A DNA stretch of 64,000 bases from Trichosphaerium sp. ATCC 40318. Taxonomy: Eukaryota > Protista > Tubulinea. Under the pieces are notes generated by a model. That model saw nothing but the letters and a program-made list of their open reading frames with translations. It ran no database searches and was not told the origin of the DNA. The DNA lies in contig JALMLS010000354.1 in NCBI GenBank assembly GCA_038496445.1, positions 248,001 to 312,000 of the forward strand. The letters run 5' to 3'. Below are positions 52,365 to 64,000 of this stretch, one piece after another (within the stretch, counting starts at the first letter, position 1; every line of letters begins with the position of its first letter). A program made the translations under genes and the position numbers.

Positions 52365-52634
52365 GAGATACTCTACAGTGAGAATCAGAAAAAAAAAAAG
52401 AACATTCAATTCATTCAATTCGTATTTTAAATGTCTCACCTTTTAAAACACGTGAAACAAGACCTCTTTTTGTCAAACACGACACGATGTAGTGTTTACT
52501 GTTTTGTTCTATGGATAAATATTTTTGGTGACAACTCCGGTCTTCTATGGGATATTTTGGTTCAAAGAGTTTGAGTATTAAGTCTTTGTACTCATTGAAC
52601 ACATTATCACATATGTTTCTTCTAATTTGAAGTG

Positions 52635-53999
52635 TCAACTACTGAGACATAAACAACTGACACACCAACAACCACTGTTTATCTGAGCCTCCAAAAGCTG
52701 CACCTGCAATAACAGAAACAGGTACCAACTGACCGACTACGTTGCCACCCAGTTCACAAAGAGTTGCTTCAAGTTACTTATCTATACCTTTTTTTAGCGT
52801 GTTGTCGACTTGCTAACTACATGATTAAGTCTAGACATGTACAGAGCCTGACACAGTATTTGCATAAGCCACACGAGATAATTAAGGAGAAGTACATGTT
52901 CAATTATGTTAAGCTGAGTAAAACTTTACACCAGCGAATAGATACGTTGAGCCGTAACAGTTTGCCAGCACGTAGGCTTTTGAACTTAGCTACTGAAACA
53001 AACTTCGTTCACATTTATTTACACGTGATAAATTATTACATTGTTTACATCCTTCTTGTTCTTTACATGAATTGCGACACAGGCCAAAGCAATAACTATT
53101 ATTGATTAGTAATTTGTATAAAAACATATAATTTGTACCTGCTATGCTAATAATTATACCACCCACTATCGCAGAGGTAACTATGATTTGTTCAAAGTGT
53201 ACAGGATCGATAAAGTAAGAAGGACTCGAGATTGGTGTTTGTGTTGTGCCGGGTACATGATAATGGTGTGGTGCTGTAGGCGGAATAGTTGTTATGGATT
53301 CATCTGTAGGCGGAACAGTTGTGCTTATGGATTCACTTGTAGGTGCAACTGAAGGCCCAACATCGCATATATAGTCTACAGTGATACTACCGTCTTCTGC
53401 AAAGTCCTAATTACAAAATCAGCAGTAGTACAAAGGGAGTTGAGATTCGAAAAAATGATGAAAAAGTGTACCTCTAAGAGTGCTTTTGTAATTGCAGATT
53501 TGCGTGAGTTTGATGATATGCAAAGAGAGAAATATTGAACGACTGCGAAGTAAATCAGAAATAAAGACAAAAACGAGGGACACGTGTACCTTCACGAGGC
53601 GTCTGAAAAGAATCAATAGTTGCGTTTGTTTTTACTAAACAAAGCTCCGATGATCGTTGTTCAGAAGAACAATATGACGTATACGCCTTTGTGGCTGTTG
53701 ATGTACACGTGTATTTAGCTACATCTTTATTTAGGCGATGACACTAAGAATTGTGAGCTCACACAAAGACCGCATAAAGGAACAGTTACCTCTTTCATGT
53801 CTTGCCGAACTTTTTTCTCGCAAGCTGCTGATTCTGGTGTAGAGACATCTGGGAAGCTTATTGGATCATTGTACCACTGCACCCTGCGCTCTGATGTTGT
53901 TAACACAAACGTTAGGAGCATTAACATACTGTTGGTGCTGGTCGCGACAGAAACTTGGCATAAACATAGAGCTGCTAGTAGAAGCGTAAATGTTGTCAT
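52635..53999 (-). CDS. Hypothetical surface protein: signal peptide, Cys-containing ectodomain, P/T stalk, TM segment
   Basis: MTTFTLLLAALCLCQVSVA; Cys-rich exons; PTSESISTTVPPTDESITTIPPT; IIVTSAIVGGIIISIA. 3' end uncertain. Confidence 0.5.
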
Positions 54000-54545
54000 A
54001 TCGGCGCTATAAATTGTTTTATTTGAGATTAAAAGCGCGTGCAGGTGTGAATTGTTACTTAGAATTAGACCAACTGTTGAAAATAGTTGTCACAAAGTCA
54101 TGTGAATTCTGGTCGATGTCGGAGTGTGATATGGTTTTGAAAGGTTCTACAACTATGTGCTATATTGCATACAGTGCCTAAGGCTTGTATGAAATTAGCT
54201 GATGTACTACTTATTTATCTAGAGCGGTATGTGTTGAGGTTCTACTAAGTTGTCTTCATTAATGCGAATCTTAAGTTGCTTGTGAGAAATTCACTGCCTT
54301 GCCTAGACAACCTGACTTGTACTGTTATGATATTGTAACGCTTAAGGAAGTGGTCTTGACAGCCAGTTGGCGTCGGTTAGCTATACTTACGCGGATTTTT
54401 TTTTTCTTACTTTCGAACTAAGTTTGACTCTTTTTTTATCGTACCACAACCTTGAGTTCAAAAGCAACGGTACTGTTATATAACTTCTCTGGTATTCGCT
54501 ATACATAAAAAAGAAAGCTGAAATTTACTCTGATTGTTTTAAAAT

Positions 54546-56571
54546 ATGGCATCAAACACCAGATCGGTTTATAAAGCGAGACACAAAGGAAAGCATAGCC
54601 CAAGAGTACGAAACCTTTTTTTTTTGTATTTTGGTATCGATAGTGTGTATTCATTCTTTTCTTGTTTACAAACGTTTATTTAGGATAAAAGAGGTCGTCA
54701 TACTGTTGGTGGTGTTTCTCCTTCTACCCCAGACATTATTAAAAAAGCAAAAGCGTTATACGAAAGTCATAACCATGAGCAAGCGATGGTGTATTTTAAA
54801 ATAGCAGCAGAGAGAGGACATACAAGAAGCCAGTGTACTGTTGGTTATTTATTCGAGAAGGTACCGTTGGAAGTTGGTATTACGTTTTGTTTTTTGGTTA
54901 TTTTCAAATCACGTGAAAAACGGTTCTATAAACGTGATATGATACGGTACAGTTAAATTTAGCACTTTTAATTGATGAAAGGGTCAAGGAGTTACGTGTG
55001 ATTATAAAGAAGCAATGAAGTGGTATAAGCGAGCAGCGAAGCTTGGAGATCCGTACGGACAGTCTAATTTGGCGTATCTTTATAAAAATGTACTTCTTCA
55101 ACTGAATGTTTCTTGACAACATTTTTTTTTCATGTTTTTTTTTTGACGAATGTATTTGTTTTTAGGGTCTAGGTACAGATCAAAAGTATACAAAAGCTAT
55201 AAAGTGGTATAAAAAAGCAGCGGATCAAGTACGCTTTCTTACTTGGTTCTCAAGTTTTTTAAACTCCGTGACACATGTGAACAATAGTTTGATTTTTATT
55301 TGAAATTTTTTCTTAGTTTTGTTCTCATTTTTTTATTTTTGTAGAATCATGCTTGGGTGCGTTTAACTCTCCTTTTACTCATTGTTAAACTAATGATTGT
55401 AAAATATAATACAGGGACAAAATAATTTGGGCTGTATGTATGAAAAAGGTACGCTAGTACGCTAGGTCACGTGTAAAACAAATCATGAAAAGTAGTGAAA
55501 AGTTAAAGTAAAATTGTTTGTAGGTCAAGGATGCGAAAAAGATTACATCAACGCAGCTAGGCTATACCAAAAATCAGCATTAAAGGTACAAGCGTATTTT
55601 TATTCGCAAGTACTAGCGACAAGTTTTTATTTGGAGTAGTGGGGATAGAGTAAAAATACTTTTCTTGAGTTTGAATGAAACAACAAAAAACTGTTGTTAT
55701 TTTTTGTACTCAGCGAGAAACAAAGTTGTACTTTAACCAATGGATGAGAAGCCTAAATTTTAATTATTATGCGCCTATCTGACTTCAATAGGGTAATGCA
55801 TGCGCACAGAGTAATCTTGGAGTGTTATACGAAAACGGAAAAGGAGTACCAAAAGATTATGATAGAGCATTTCATCTTTACTTACAGTCCGCTAATCAAG
55901 GACATGCTGGTGGACAAAACAACTTAGGTTTGTCGCTTAATCTCTTTATAACGCCAAGGACATCCATTTGATTCGCTTGATAGGTTTAGCGTATGACTTT
56001 GGTATTGGTACAGATAAGCGACAAGATTTAGCATTTTATTGGTTTGGTCAGGCTGCAGCACAAGTACGTTTTCATGCTAGCTCTTCTGTTTCAACTGACT
56101 TGTTTCAACAAAGGGAAATCTATTTGGTCAATATAACTTTGCTCTCATGTATGAACACGGCCGTGGCACTGAAAAGGTACTCATACGCATTATTTGGACC
56201 AAATGTTTTTGCCTCTTTATTTTTCTGTCAGTCAGTCTTTTTTTTTTAATTTCTTGTAGAACATGAAGCAAGCCGTGTTGTGGTACAAAAAAGCGATGGA
56301 CCAAGGCCACGTGCTGGCAAAACAAAAGCTTGCAAACCTTGATAATGTAGATGTTTTTGGAGAGGAAGGCGTTGAATATAACATTGAGCTTGGTCCGGAT
56401 CCAGTTTGTCTAAGAGATAAACTACCTATAGGAGAAAAACTTTCTTCTCGTCGCATGTCTGTACATGAGTACTCAAAGAGATCTTCGCTATTTGCTGATC
56501 ACCCTAATGAAAATGGTCTCATTCTACCTAAGCAACCACCGCGTGGATTTGAGTTCTACGATGACTTGTAA
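54546..56571 (+). CDS. Sel1-like repeat protein
   Basis: Repeated AQxNLGxxYExGxGVxKDYxxAxxWYxxAAxQG units across exons. Confidence 0.88.
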
Positions 56572-56732
56572 TAACAATTAAATAAATAGCACCTGTACTA
56601 TTTTCAAACTAGTTTCTGACCAGGTTCATCCCTGTGGGAAAAAACCAGTCGTTTACACTGAGTGACTATTTCAAACTTAGTACTATAGCCATGACAGATT
56701 GTGGACTCGGACTCAAACAGCATCCTTGGTAA

Positions 56733-57827
56733 CTACGGTGTGCTCTCATAATCTTTGCAGCATTTTTGGAAGTGGTAAACTCCAAACTCTAAGATCTGAC
56801 AAAACAAACGCCTTATCCCGCGCACGTGTGTTATTCAATACGAAGAAAAGAAGCCACCAATCAAAATGACAGTCGGAATGTGTGGTTTTACACTGTTTAG
56901 AAGCGTACTAGACCATTCATAGCTCGATTGAGCAACAACAATTTGTTTGAAATTACGGCTTTATAGATTTCGATAACAACAGCGGCTGAGGCTCGGAACT
57001 CAAAAGCCAACGTATTAACGAATTTCAAATTCTTTGGCAATTCGCCTAGGAAAGATCTCGCTTCAGTCCAAGAAAATTATTTTGGCAGAAATGATTTCCG
57101 TCAAGCAACCGAAGGCGATATCAGAGCTGAATGGTTAAGTGACGCTACCCACCAGATGATGTCAACATTGCAAGAAATATGTATACAAACAGAGCAGGAG
57201 CTTTAATAACACATCTTTGTACAATAGTTCAACATCATCGACATCTTCAGAGATTTCACTGGCGCTAGCAACTGGACCAACCAATATGTCCTCGAATTTG
57301 CAAACGAAGAAGAAGCCACCGACGCTGTCGATGGTTTTAAGGGCAAGACCATTATGGTTATCTTGTGGTAAGAGGGCCTCCACAGTCTTATATAGTCCAG
57401 AATAAGAAATGTAGATAGGTTTCCTCGCTTCATCCTACCAGCACTAACTTCATTGGGTGTACCGCATATCATCTTGCATCTCACTCTTCAACTACCAACG
57501 TAAATTAATTAGGTCTTTGAGAAAAAGAAAAAAGAAAAAAGTTTTAGTTTCAGAGCAAAACTCGTTACCTTTCTCATCATCAGTGTTTGGTTCTTTTGTC
57601 GTGTAAAGTTCATTCAAAATAAATCCAGAAATACAACTTTTACGCTAAAGGATAAGCATTGTTCCTCTCTACCGTCGCAAAAATTAGTAAAAAAGCCAAA
57701 ATCAATATTCTGTTTTTCTATGGCTATCCAACAGCTATACTGTGGCAACAAGGCATGAAAACGCCAGTGTCGGTATTAAAAGCGAAAATTCCAACTAATA
57801 ATGTGATAAACTCAAACAACGTACCAT
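56733..57827 (-). CDS. Hypothetical protein, possibly longin/adaptin small-chain-like
   Basis: Run of spliceable exons (..FFFVCKFEDILVGPVA.., ..VVIEIYKA.., ILEFG); family resemblance is weak. Confidence 0.35.
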
Positions 57828-58505
57828 GTGGACGTTAACAACGTCACTAACAAGTGAATGTCTTTGGTTTGAAACGTCCTTGACTTAACACGTGACAACA
57901 ATTCAAAAACGCCTCAAAGCGCAAATGACAATAACACAAGTAACCGAACGAACGAATTAACAACAAAAAGCCTGAATAGTGCTTTTCGTTAATGAAGTAT
58001 GTACTTGAGTAAGATCCTTACTGGAATTCAACATTATCATAAGCTAAGTAACATTACAACCCCATTATCTGGTCTTTACGTGACTTTAGCTTACCAGAGA
58101 CTTCTTTACCGCCGCATTTATGAATAGCTAATACAACAAGTAGTAGCTGAATTAATGAACGGAAACAAGAAAATAAAGAAAATATATTTTGCGTTCTTGT
58201 CCTATCAGTGCAACTAATACACCCCTCATAGAATATAACAGGTTCAATTAGAGCCGCTGGTATTGTAGAGAAGCCAGAAGGTTGGATTTTTGAAGGCGCG
58301 TTGAGAGGAAGATAGGGTCATGCGCATCTGCTGTGGTATCGAAAAGACCAAATGTCGCTAGAGGTTTTCGAGTAGAAGATAATTATATCGTAAACGTTCT
58401 ATTACAACACAGACATCCCAATGGTAGTAAGGTCGCGACTTGGGTGCTGTGGGAAAATGTCTGCGTATAAATAAATTGACCACAACAACAACAAAAACTG
58501 TAGAC

Positions 58506-59318
58506 ATGACTGCGCACGTTCTTAAGCTCCCATTAGAACTGCATTATCATATATTACACTTAGATATGTATGTATACAACGTATGGCCACTTTTATGTTA
58601 TCAAACAGCTACAACATCTCGGTTTAATGGTAAACTAAACAAGGAAGGTGTATTTATAACTAAAACTATTCACGCAACAAGTAAGCAAACATACAGTGAT
58701 GGCGTTCTCCACGGAAAATCTTCTGTACAAACCAACGGAGTCATATTAAACAAATGTTTCGAAAAAGGAGTCAAACATGGCACGTGGTATACACAAAACA
58801 TAAAAACTGGAGAGATTTACAAGCAGTGGATATATAAAAATGACGTAAAAGTTGAAGAGGTGGGTTGGTTTCCTAATGGTCAAATAAACACTATTTCACG
58901 TGCATTTGGTGAAAATAAATCTTGGACTTCAAAAGGTGTTCTTGTAAGGCACTTTTTTCATGATGATAAAGGTGAAAGACATGGTGATTACAAGCAATGG
59001 TATGCTAATGGTGATTTACAAACTTGGCACTATTATGAGCATGGTAAGCTGGAAGGCACACAGAGAAGCTGGTATCAAAATGGTCAATGTCATATTAGGT
59101 ATAGAGTGAAGAATGGAAAAAGAGAAGGATTGTATGAAGAATATCATGCAAATGGCACCAAGAAATTCATAGCATATTATAGGAATGGTTACTTTGATGG
59201 TCCACTTAAAGCATGGACGAAACATGGAATACTATGGCAGGATTTTTATTACGAGATGGGGCGCACAGTTAAAGCACCTAATGACACTGGAAAGCAGCTT
59301 GGATGTTACTTAATGTAA
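58506..59318 (+). CDS. Intronless F-box-like + MORN-variant repeat protein, copy 3
   Basis: LKLPLELHYHILHLD..WPLLCYQ (matches copy 1); repeats of YxxGKxxGxxxxWYxNG. Confidence 0.82.
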   Translation: MTAHVLKLPLELHYHILHLDMYVYNVWPLLCYQTATTSRFNGKLNKEGVFITKTIHATSKQTYSDGVLHGKSSVQTNGVILNKCFEKGVKHGTWYTQNIKTGEIYKQWIYKNDVKVEEVGWFPNGQINTISRAFGENKSWTSKGVLVRHFFHDDKGERHGDYKQWYANGDLQTWHYYEHGKLEGTQRSWYQNGQCHIRYRVKNGKREGLYEEYHANGTKKFIAYYRNGYFDGPLKAWTKHGILWQDFYYEMGRTVKAPNDTGKQLGCYLM

Positions 59319-59438
59319 GCCAAGTATACTTGCTAAATAAACACTTGTGTAAACTCGAGTTGAGATCAAAGAATAAGGCACTTGTTTTAAGTCACGTCCA
59401 CGCCTTGTTTGTATTTGTTTATTACTTGCTCACACGAT

Positions 59439-60657
59439 ATGGCACGGTTCTATGACGAAAGACCTGAAGAGATTAATTACGTAATAAAAATATAATCTCA
59501 AACCGGTTTTGAACACGTGATTGTAATATTTTGGTATAGGACGATGACGACGATGAATGGGATACCGACGCTGATTTTGAAGTACCCTTCTTAGATTGTT
59601 TTTAACATCTTTTTCTTTTCGGCGTAAAAAACCCTCTAGTTCGCTTTCAACACCTCGCTCGAGTTGAGTCTGCGTTGTTTACCGCAAAAAATTCCTTATT
59701 TTACCTAAAAAAGGTCACCGTCCATAAAAAACACGTGCTCTTTGCTATAAATCCCATTAAAGTGCTGTTATCTATTTATTTCGATAATAATGTTTTTTTC
59801 TACAGAACAAGGACACAATAAAGGAAGCGACAATACAACTAGACCAACTGGATATCGACAAGCTCAGAAAAGAAAAAATCGCTCAAGATGAGGAGCACAG
59901 ACAAGTACTACACCACTTTTTGTTTTTCTTTCAAAAGCGAGAAACAAATGATCGTATAGAAAGCGTATTATGGGCACCTACAATCAACTAAAAAGACGCC
60001 CAAAGGAGCATCTGTAGGCACGTGATTAAACAAATTACCGCAGACTGTTAACTCAAACTGACAATGTCAAACAGCGAGGGTCAAACAACCTACAAACTTA
60101 AATATTCAAAGAGCGCCTCCTTCATTCTCCATTCCTTCAGGACCTCCAGCTGGTATCCCAGCACCAGCAAAGGTTATATATGGTTACCACAGCGTTCAAC
60201 TTCTGATTTTTGTACTGTAGTCAACGCCTGAGCCTAGCAAACCCGCAGCTCAAACGTCATCGTATAAGCCAAGTGCACCATCATCCGCTCCACCAAAACC
60301 AAGCACACCCTCCAATCCTCCTCCGTCAGCACCATCGTCTAAACCACCTGCGACTCCCGCAAACCCACCACCTTCCACGCCAGCTGCACAAGAATATGGT
60401 AAGCAAACTCGGCTTGATTTACAACTTGATATTTTCAATTATCTAATGAAGATTTAGATTACAGTGAAGAATATGGAGGAGAATACGGCGAGGAGTATGG
60501 CGAAGAGTATTACTCTGAAGAGTATACTTTAGAGTATTGGCAAGAGTATGCTCAAGAATACTATCAAGAGTATGGCGAGGAGTATAGTGCAGAGTACTGG
60601 GAAGAGTACTATCAAGAGTATCAACAACAAGAATACGCAGAAGAAGCTCAACAATAA
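59439..60657 (+). CDS. Protein with cortactin/HS1-like N-terminal acidic region, proline-rich linker and Glu/Tyr-rich tail
   Basis: Spliced DDDDDEWDTDADFENK...LDIDKLRKEKIAQDEEHRQKAYYG; PPKP/PPS linker; final exon DYSEEYGGEYGEEYGEEYY...EEAQQ*. Confidence 0.7.
60462..60636 (+). repeat. Coding ~12-bp tandem repeat (xxEY units)
   Basis: Recurring GAGTAT/GAATAC/GAATAT at about 12-nt period. Confidence 0.75.
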
Positions 60658-61311
60658 CCAAGACACCAATAAAACCTTTGTTATTACCACACGATAAAAC
60701 CACTACCTTGGACCAACATCTGCGTACAAATGTTGAGAATTTCCAAGTGATATTTGGGCTCGTAATGTCCGAAGATAAGATACAATCAATAGCTAAACAA
60801 GCGTTTCTGTTTAGTTCAGCGAAGATACAATATTGGAACACCACAGTGCTTTCTACCGTTTTGTGTATTTTAACTTTTGTGTATCATGTCAAACGCAAGT
60901 AACAAGAATTTTATCTTTTGCTAAATAGCTGGTAAAAGTTTGACAGTGTTGACACAACCCATTAAGGATCCAAAAGGGTTGGCAAGAGGACATGATATTA
61001 GTTTACTTGGTACGTAACAGCTGAGGTTATAACCTGGCGTATGTAACTTAGTGAACAGGTACTTTACTATGTGGTTACATGAAACACTGTACAACTCACT
61101 GATGAAGGGTGGTGTTGGGTGGTAGTACTTCAATGACAGTGCAAAGATCCAGCACGTTCGGGAACATCGAATGCAAAGATAATCCTTGTACCACCCATCG
61201 CACCAATTACGATGCGTTGTGAGTAATGACGAAATAAAAAGCCTACTTGGCAGTCCAAGCTGTTCTTCTTTTTATGTTGTCGCACGTTTTGTGGACTTGT
61301 AGCAAATCAAC

Positions 61312-64000
61312 ATGTCTGCTACAGACCCCAATAAAGCGAAACGAGGGTCAAAGGCCCCATCCAAACGAGCCCGTGCTAAAAGGCCTCCTGGAAAGTCTAA
61401 ATCACGGCAAACTCCTCAAGAACCGCTAAAATCGCCTTCAGGAGACCGTGTGCCTTCAAAGGCGGTACCTAAGACGTCAAAAGTGGTTCCTACAGAGAAA
61501 CAGCAAGAGCCACGTGATAAAGCACCTGAGGTGAGCCCTACGGTATCGGCACTATCTCGATATCTCTCTGCGATCTGTCCTTTCATGCTTGATGTTGAAG
61601 CTAGTCTATTTGCCAAAACTGCTTTACAAGCGAAGAGCATTGAAGTGTTAGATCAGTTTATTCAAGATGAAGGCAATCACGTTCTAATGATAGCGCTTGA
61701 CAGCGCAGGTACGCTAAATCCCTTATTTTAGTTTATTTTAGTGTGCCAGCGATGCTGGTCACGTGATTAAAGTTGTTAACGCACGTGAAGGGTCGATAAG
61801 ATTTCAGCTCAATGTTGATAACAAACCTGGCGTTATGTTTATTAAAACTGGCAAGGAAATCCTCTCCGAGCGTTCGATTACTTCTCAGGTATTTTCTAAA
61901 TCTATACTGTTTAATTTCTTATTTGTAATAGATTCACGTGCTTAATATTAGCGAAGGAACACCAGTAGAGACCATACATACTTTGGTATGATGACGACAA
62001 CTTTTTTTATCTTTTTTTTTATTTACAACATTCTTAGATTCAACACTCTCTATCGCCGTATTTCAGAGCTTTCCAACAAGAAAACTCAAGTACCCAGTAT
62101 AGCGCGTCTAAGGAGTCAAAAGAGACTGGCGCACAGGCTATTACAAAAAAGATGGAAGACTTGGAGTTAGCGCTCTATAACTGTAAACTTAACTTACGCA
62201 TTCCCTCTATTACACTAATGTGGGATCCAGAAGTAGTTCAGGCAGTAAGCAAGGTACAGTTCACAAAGTTGTTTGAGTATTATTCGCTAAAAATAACTGC
62301 TTTTAAGGACGTGGATATCGATGATCTACCTTTTGCTTCTGATCCTTCTTTTTTAAACAAACTTCAAAAGCAAGCTACTGAGTGGACAAAGGATATTCAA
62401 CGTGTTACAAAGCTTGAGCAGATTGATAATATGCCAGGAGACGCAACAACTTCTCAAGAAGTACAAAAAACAAAAAGCAATCTCTGTGTCACTAGGCTAA
62501 TTTTGTGCGTTAGGTTCAATTCTGGATGGAGTTGTCGAGAGAACTTAGTCATATTTCTCTTCAGCTGAAGTCACGTGAAACCTTACTAACGCTTGCTATA
62601 CTCAAGAGAGCAAGGCGTTATCAGGCAACTACTCCTTTTGATATGGATACCATTGGACTAAGATCTGCAACTAAAAAGTTGACAGCATACAAGCCAATAA
62701 TGAAGGATCTTCCTATCTCAGAGTACGTAGAAGTTTCACAAGTACAAACTAAGCTAACGTTCTCTCAAAAGCCTTCTTATGTCACGTACAGTACCTCAAT
62801 TAACGGCAGCAGTAAAGAAGATCTTCGAGCAATTGAAAAGTACAAAGACTCATCAATATCCAACAAAGAGATACCTCATGCTCATAGAGGTAAGCTTTTA
62901 TCTTCTTCATACGTAAAATCCCTTTTGACGCTCTGTTTCAAGGCTATTTCCAGAGACGTTAAAACGAAATTGATAGAGATACTGCAGTACAAGCGTAAGT
63001 TTCTCGTTTTGTTCTTGTGTTCTTTCTTCTTTGGTTTCTAATCTCTTTTTGACTTAGAGCTCATGAGAGAACCTTTTGAAAGCTTCAAATCTAAAGTTTC
63101 AGAGTGCAATGTATTGTTTGCTTGTTGGGCAGAACAATTCAGTAGATTTAGAGAAATCTTAAGAGAGCTAGCACATAAACGACAGGTACACTTCCAGAGA
63201 CTCGTGTTTTTGATCTATTTTTGGAGGTTTTTGTAGCACTGACCTCAGAAATAGGAATATGATGTTGCTGTTCTCATCAATGCTGCTCATAAGTCTATGG
63301 AAATGCATCTCTACAGAATGTCTAAGTTCAGACACGTGAGTATTTCATACTTCTTCAGTTGGAAACTTATTTATTTAATAAGGATCACCACGCACTTGCC
63401 AGTGTAATTGAAAAGGTCTTAGTTCCTACGGAGGAGTTTGATCCTGCGCAGGATATAAGAAATGCATACAACCTTACTTGTCAAGCTGACGTATTCAATG
63501 ATACAAGGTAATCTCTTTTTCACGTTTATGACTATGCTTATTGATTTGTAGCGCTGATGCTTTGGTGTGGAATGAAGCCACAAAGAATTACGAAGATATT
63601 ATTGCAAAGGCAGAGATGAAAATAAAAGACGAGCTGAGAAACCGTCTTGAACATGCAAAGACTGCAACAGAAATGTTTCGTATTTTCGCAAAGTACAATG
63701 CTCTTTTCTTCAGACCGCGTATCAAGGTAAGAGGAATACATCTTGTGTGATTCTGTTTCTCATTTTTTTCACAACAGGGTGCTGTGCAGGAGTACCAAAT
63801 ACGGCTTATAAAGCGAGTTAAAGAAGATATTGAACGCCTTCATGATAGATTCAAAGGGAGGTATCATAACTCTCAAGCAGCAAAAATGTCACGTTTGCGT
63901 GATATCCCACCTGTATCTGGTGCGATTATATGGGCTAAACAAATACAACGTCACTTGGAGGTGAGAATTTCGTTCGCGAAACAAGAAACTGAGAATAGTA
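61312..64000 (+). CDS. DYNC1H1: Cytoplasmic dynein heavy chain, N-terminal tail (runs off window)
   Basis: [79 protein letters not shown]. Confidence 0.92.

Noticed and set aside
60980-61230. Possible snoRNA/ncRNA upstream of dynein (TGATGA and CTGA words)
   Set aside because: Boxes are not in a convincing order and there is no terminal stem or recognisable guide.

Overview
Gene-dense, AT-rich (roughly 35% GC by eye) eukaryotic nuclear DNA with many short GT(ACGT)-AG introns and several GC-AG introns. Gene content (Dictyostelium-type P2X receptor, saposin-like protein, divergent actin) suggests a free-living amoeba, probably an amoebozoan; this is inference. The ORF track is fragmented by introns, so gene models were spliced by hand and boundaries are approximate. 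Conventional genes: Rad5/16-type SNF2 helicase, two-domain saposin, P2X receptor, SLC45/SUC-type MFS transporter, PA28-like protein, divergent actin, classical PTP, TFIIIC subunit 5, Rab2, CANT1-type apyrase, AMN1-like LRR protein, Sel1-repeat protein and the 5' part of cytoplasmic dynein heavy chain. Accessory layer: (i) five intronless F-box-like genes (3 MORN-variant repeat, 2 LRR), the two LRR paralogs differing mainly at the ligand-binding beta-strand positions; (ii) a MORN-repeat/PARP-like ADP-ribosyltransferase fusion; (iii) three secreted ADAM/reprolysin-like pseudo-proteases that are sequence mosaics of each other; (iv) a nest of non-autonomous TIR elements at 33.5-36.4 kb; (v) a tRNA-like cloverleaf and a possibly circularly permuted tRNA(CAU). 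Also notable: about 65 copies of the palindrome CACGTG, a Rab2 with N-terminal rather than C-terminal cysteines, a cortactin-N-terminus-like protein with a Glu/Tyr tail, and a securin-like candidate.
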